Positions 62,446 to 64,000 of a stretch of 64,000 nucleotides of DNA are shown here, piece after piece. Under the pieces are notes generated by a model. That model saw nothing but the letters and a program-made list of their open reading frames with translations. It was not told the origin of the DNA and ran no database searches. The position numbers were made by a program, and so were the translations under genes. Source of the DNA: Microthyrium microscopicum (taxonomy: Eukaryota); the NCBI GenBank assembly GCA_010405405.1, contig MU004234.1, positions 1,639,275 through 1,703,274 of the forward strand, written 5' to 3'. The first letter of the stretch is position 1; each line of letters opens with the position of its first letter.

Positions 62446-64000
62446 GGAGCTAAGTTCCTGACGTGTTCAGAAAGAAGAATGAAAGTAAAGAAGAATCAGA
62501 TAGCCGGGGGCTTCCAAAAATATCATCAGGCTGAAGTTTATTGTTTCTGTGGGGGCCGTCATGCTCACTCCTTGTGCTCTTTATGTCAAAAGATGCAGAG
62601 CCTCCTCTTTGGCATCTTAGTGGTAATGGTAAAGAATCTCTCCTTCGGTCAGGCTGAGCCAAATCTGGTGATAGCTGGTCCACGAAGAAAAGGCGGACTG
62701 TTGCCCCATCCATGTTACAATGCCGGCTATTAGGCTCGAGGTAGCGCAGCTTTGCATTGGCTCTGAAGAAGTTTTAGGCCAAACGCGACTGTTGGCATTA
62801 CAAGCGTGGCAGTTGGAGTGGTGTCGTGTTGTTGTGCGGCTCGAGCATCATTGAGCTACCCAGCCATGGACCATTATGAACGCTGGTTCAATGTGAACAC
62901 ATGTCGTACAACCTTTCCGTTAAGGTGCATGGCCTTACGGAGCTAGAGGCTATTCTTGTAAAAGCACATGTGCATGTCATGCTGCTCATGCATGAGGCTG
63001 AGGCTCAAAGGAAAAAGGATTTTTCCTTGAGCTGGTTTCACTGAAACCGGCCCGAAGTGCTCGAGCAGTACATACAGATACTTCTAGCCCAGTATGTAGT
63101 TTGAGGTGCAAATATCGCACATATCTTCCCCTCGTTGTGTCCAGATTTGATGACGATACTGCTTGTGGGCTAAAATCTAAATCATATGGATTGGCGGGCG
63201 ACAACCCGTGCCAATCACGGCCCGAATCTACATGAGGCGGGACACAGCCAGCCTTTACTTCAACAGTACAGTAAGATGTGCTGCAATAGGTAAAGTGACT
63301 TGGTGTATCGTTCAGGACTGGACGTGATAGGAGTTTGGGAGAGCAGGGAGTTGGAGATATCCACTTAATCCGGACTAGTGCGGCTCTGCGATACGTACTA
63401 GAGGAAACGTTCGCGCCGCTCAGGACCCGGCCGATTCAACTTCTTTCATGTAAAGGACTACAGTACAACCTCGCTCATGTGAGCATCAAATCACGATCAT
63501 ATCGCTCCTTAGCCCTTCTATCTCCATCAAATCCTGCAAGAGTGTTACTGTCTCCCTGCATGTAGGTCACGACGCATGAACGCGTGCCCATGGTATCATA
63601 CATAATTACGGCCAACTTCGACAAGGCAGACTCTGGGTATCGCTGGCCCGAGGCGCACGGTAATCTACAAGGTTCTGGTCAACAGTTGGAGCTTGTGGGC
63701 AAGCTCCGACGTTGGTAGCGCAGAGCCTCAACTTCCACGCTTGCGTTGACGCCCTTCGTACTGATTGCCACTTCCTCGCTGATATCTTCGAACTAAAGCT
63801 TCGTCGCGGTCAAGTCTCGGACTTTCCTTGGCCTTATCCTGCGGCCTTCTGCCGGCAAATAGACAACAAATGAGACCGGCATACTAAGCGCGTACAATCA
63901 GATATCAATCCGATCCGCACCGACGTCGGGGAATGCCAACTTATTCCTCGTAGTCAAAGACTTGCAGATCTTGATGTTGTCACCGTCAGTCGTCCTACAG

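Noticed and set aside
63560..64000. Possible 3' exons of a minus-strand gene running off the window
   Set aside because: Some splice-like signals and short open frames are present, but no consistent frame or family could be established.

Overview
Gene-dense, intron-containing DNA from a filamentous ascomycete (Pezizomycotina-type GT-AG introns of about 50-65 nt with CTAAC/CTGAC branch sites). I reconstructed about 24 protein-coding genes by manual splicing. Conserved housekeeping genes include an alpha-arrestin, CDC14, a SET-domain methyltransferase, TUL1/Dsc1, YRB1, FMP27/Hobbit, trifunctional trpC and an F-box gene. Accessory genes include a HET-domain protein, an extra ABC-F, an SDR, a secreted kelch protein and a head-to-head two-subunit acyl-CoA carboxylase pair. 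There is also a ~0.6 kb AT/TpA-rich non-autonomous TIR element. The main discovery is an ~11 kb five-gene cluster (42.3-53.3 kb): O-acetylhomoserine (thiol)-lyase, Zn2Cys6 regulator, CWEN-type nitrilase, homoserine O-acetyltransferase and aspartate kinase. All four of its promoter regions share the motifs AATCCCG(A) and TGCCGCA. The enzyme set fits a cyanide-assimilation route: Asp -> O-acetylhomoserine + HCN -> 2-amino-4-cyanobutanoate -> glutamate + NH3. This would be a one-carbon-longer analogue of the plant beta-cyanoalanine/NIT4 pathway. The function is inferred, not demonstrated. Exon boundaries were read by eye and may be off by a few bases.
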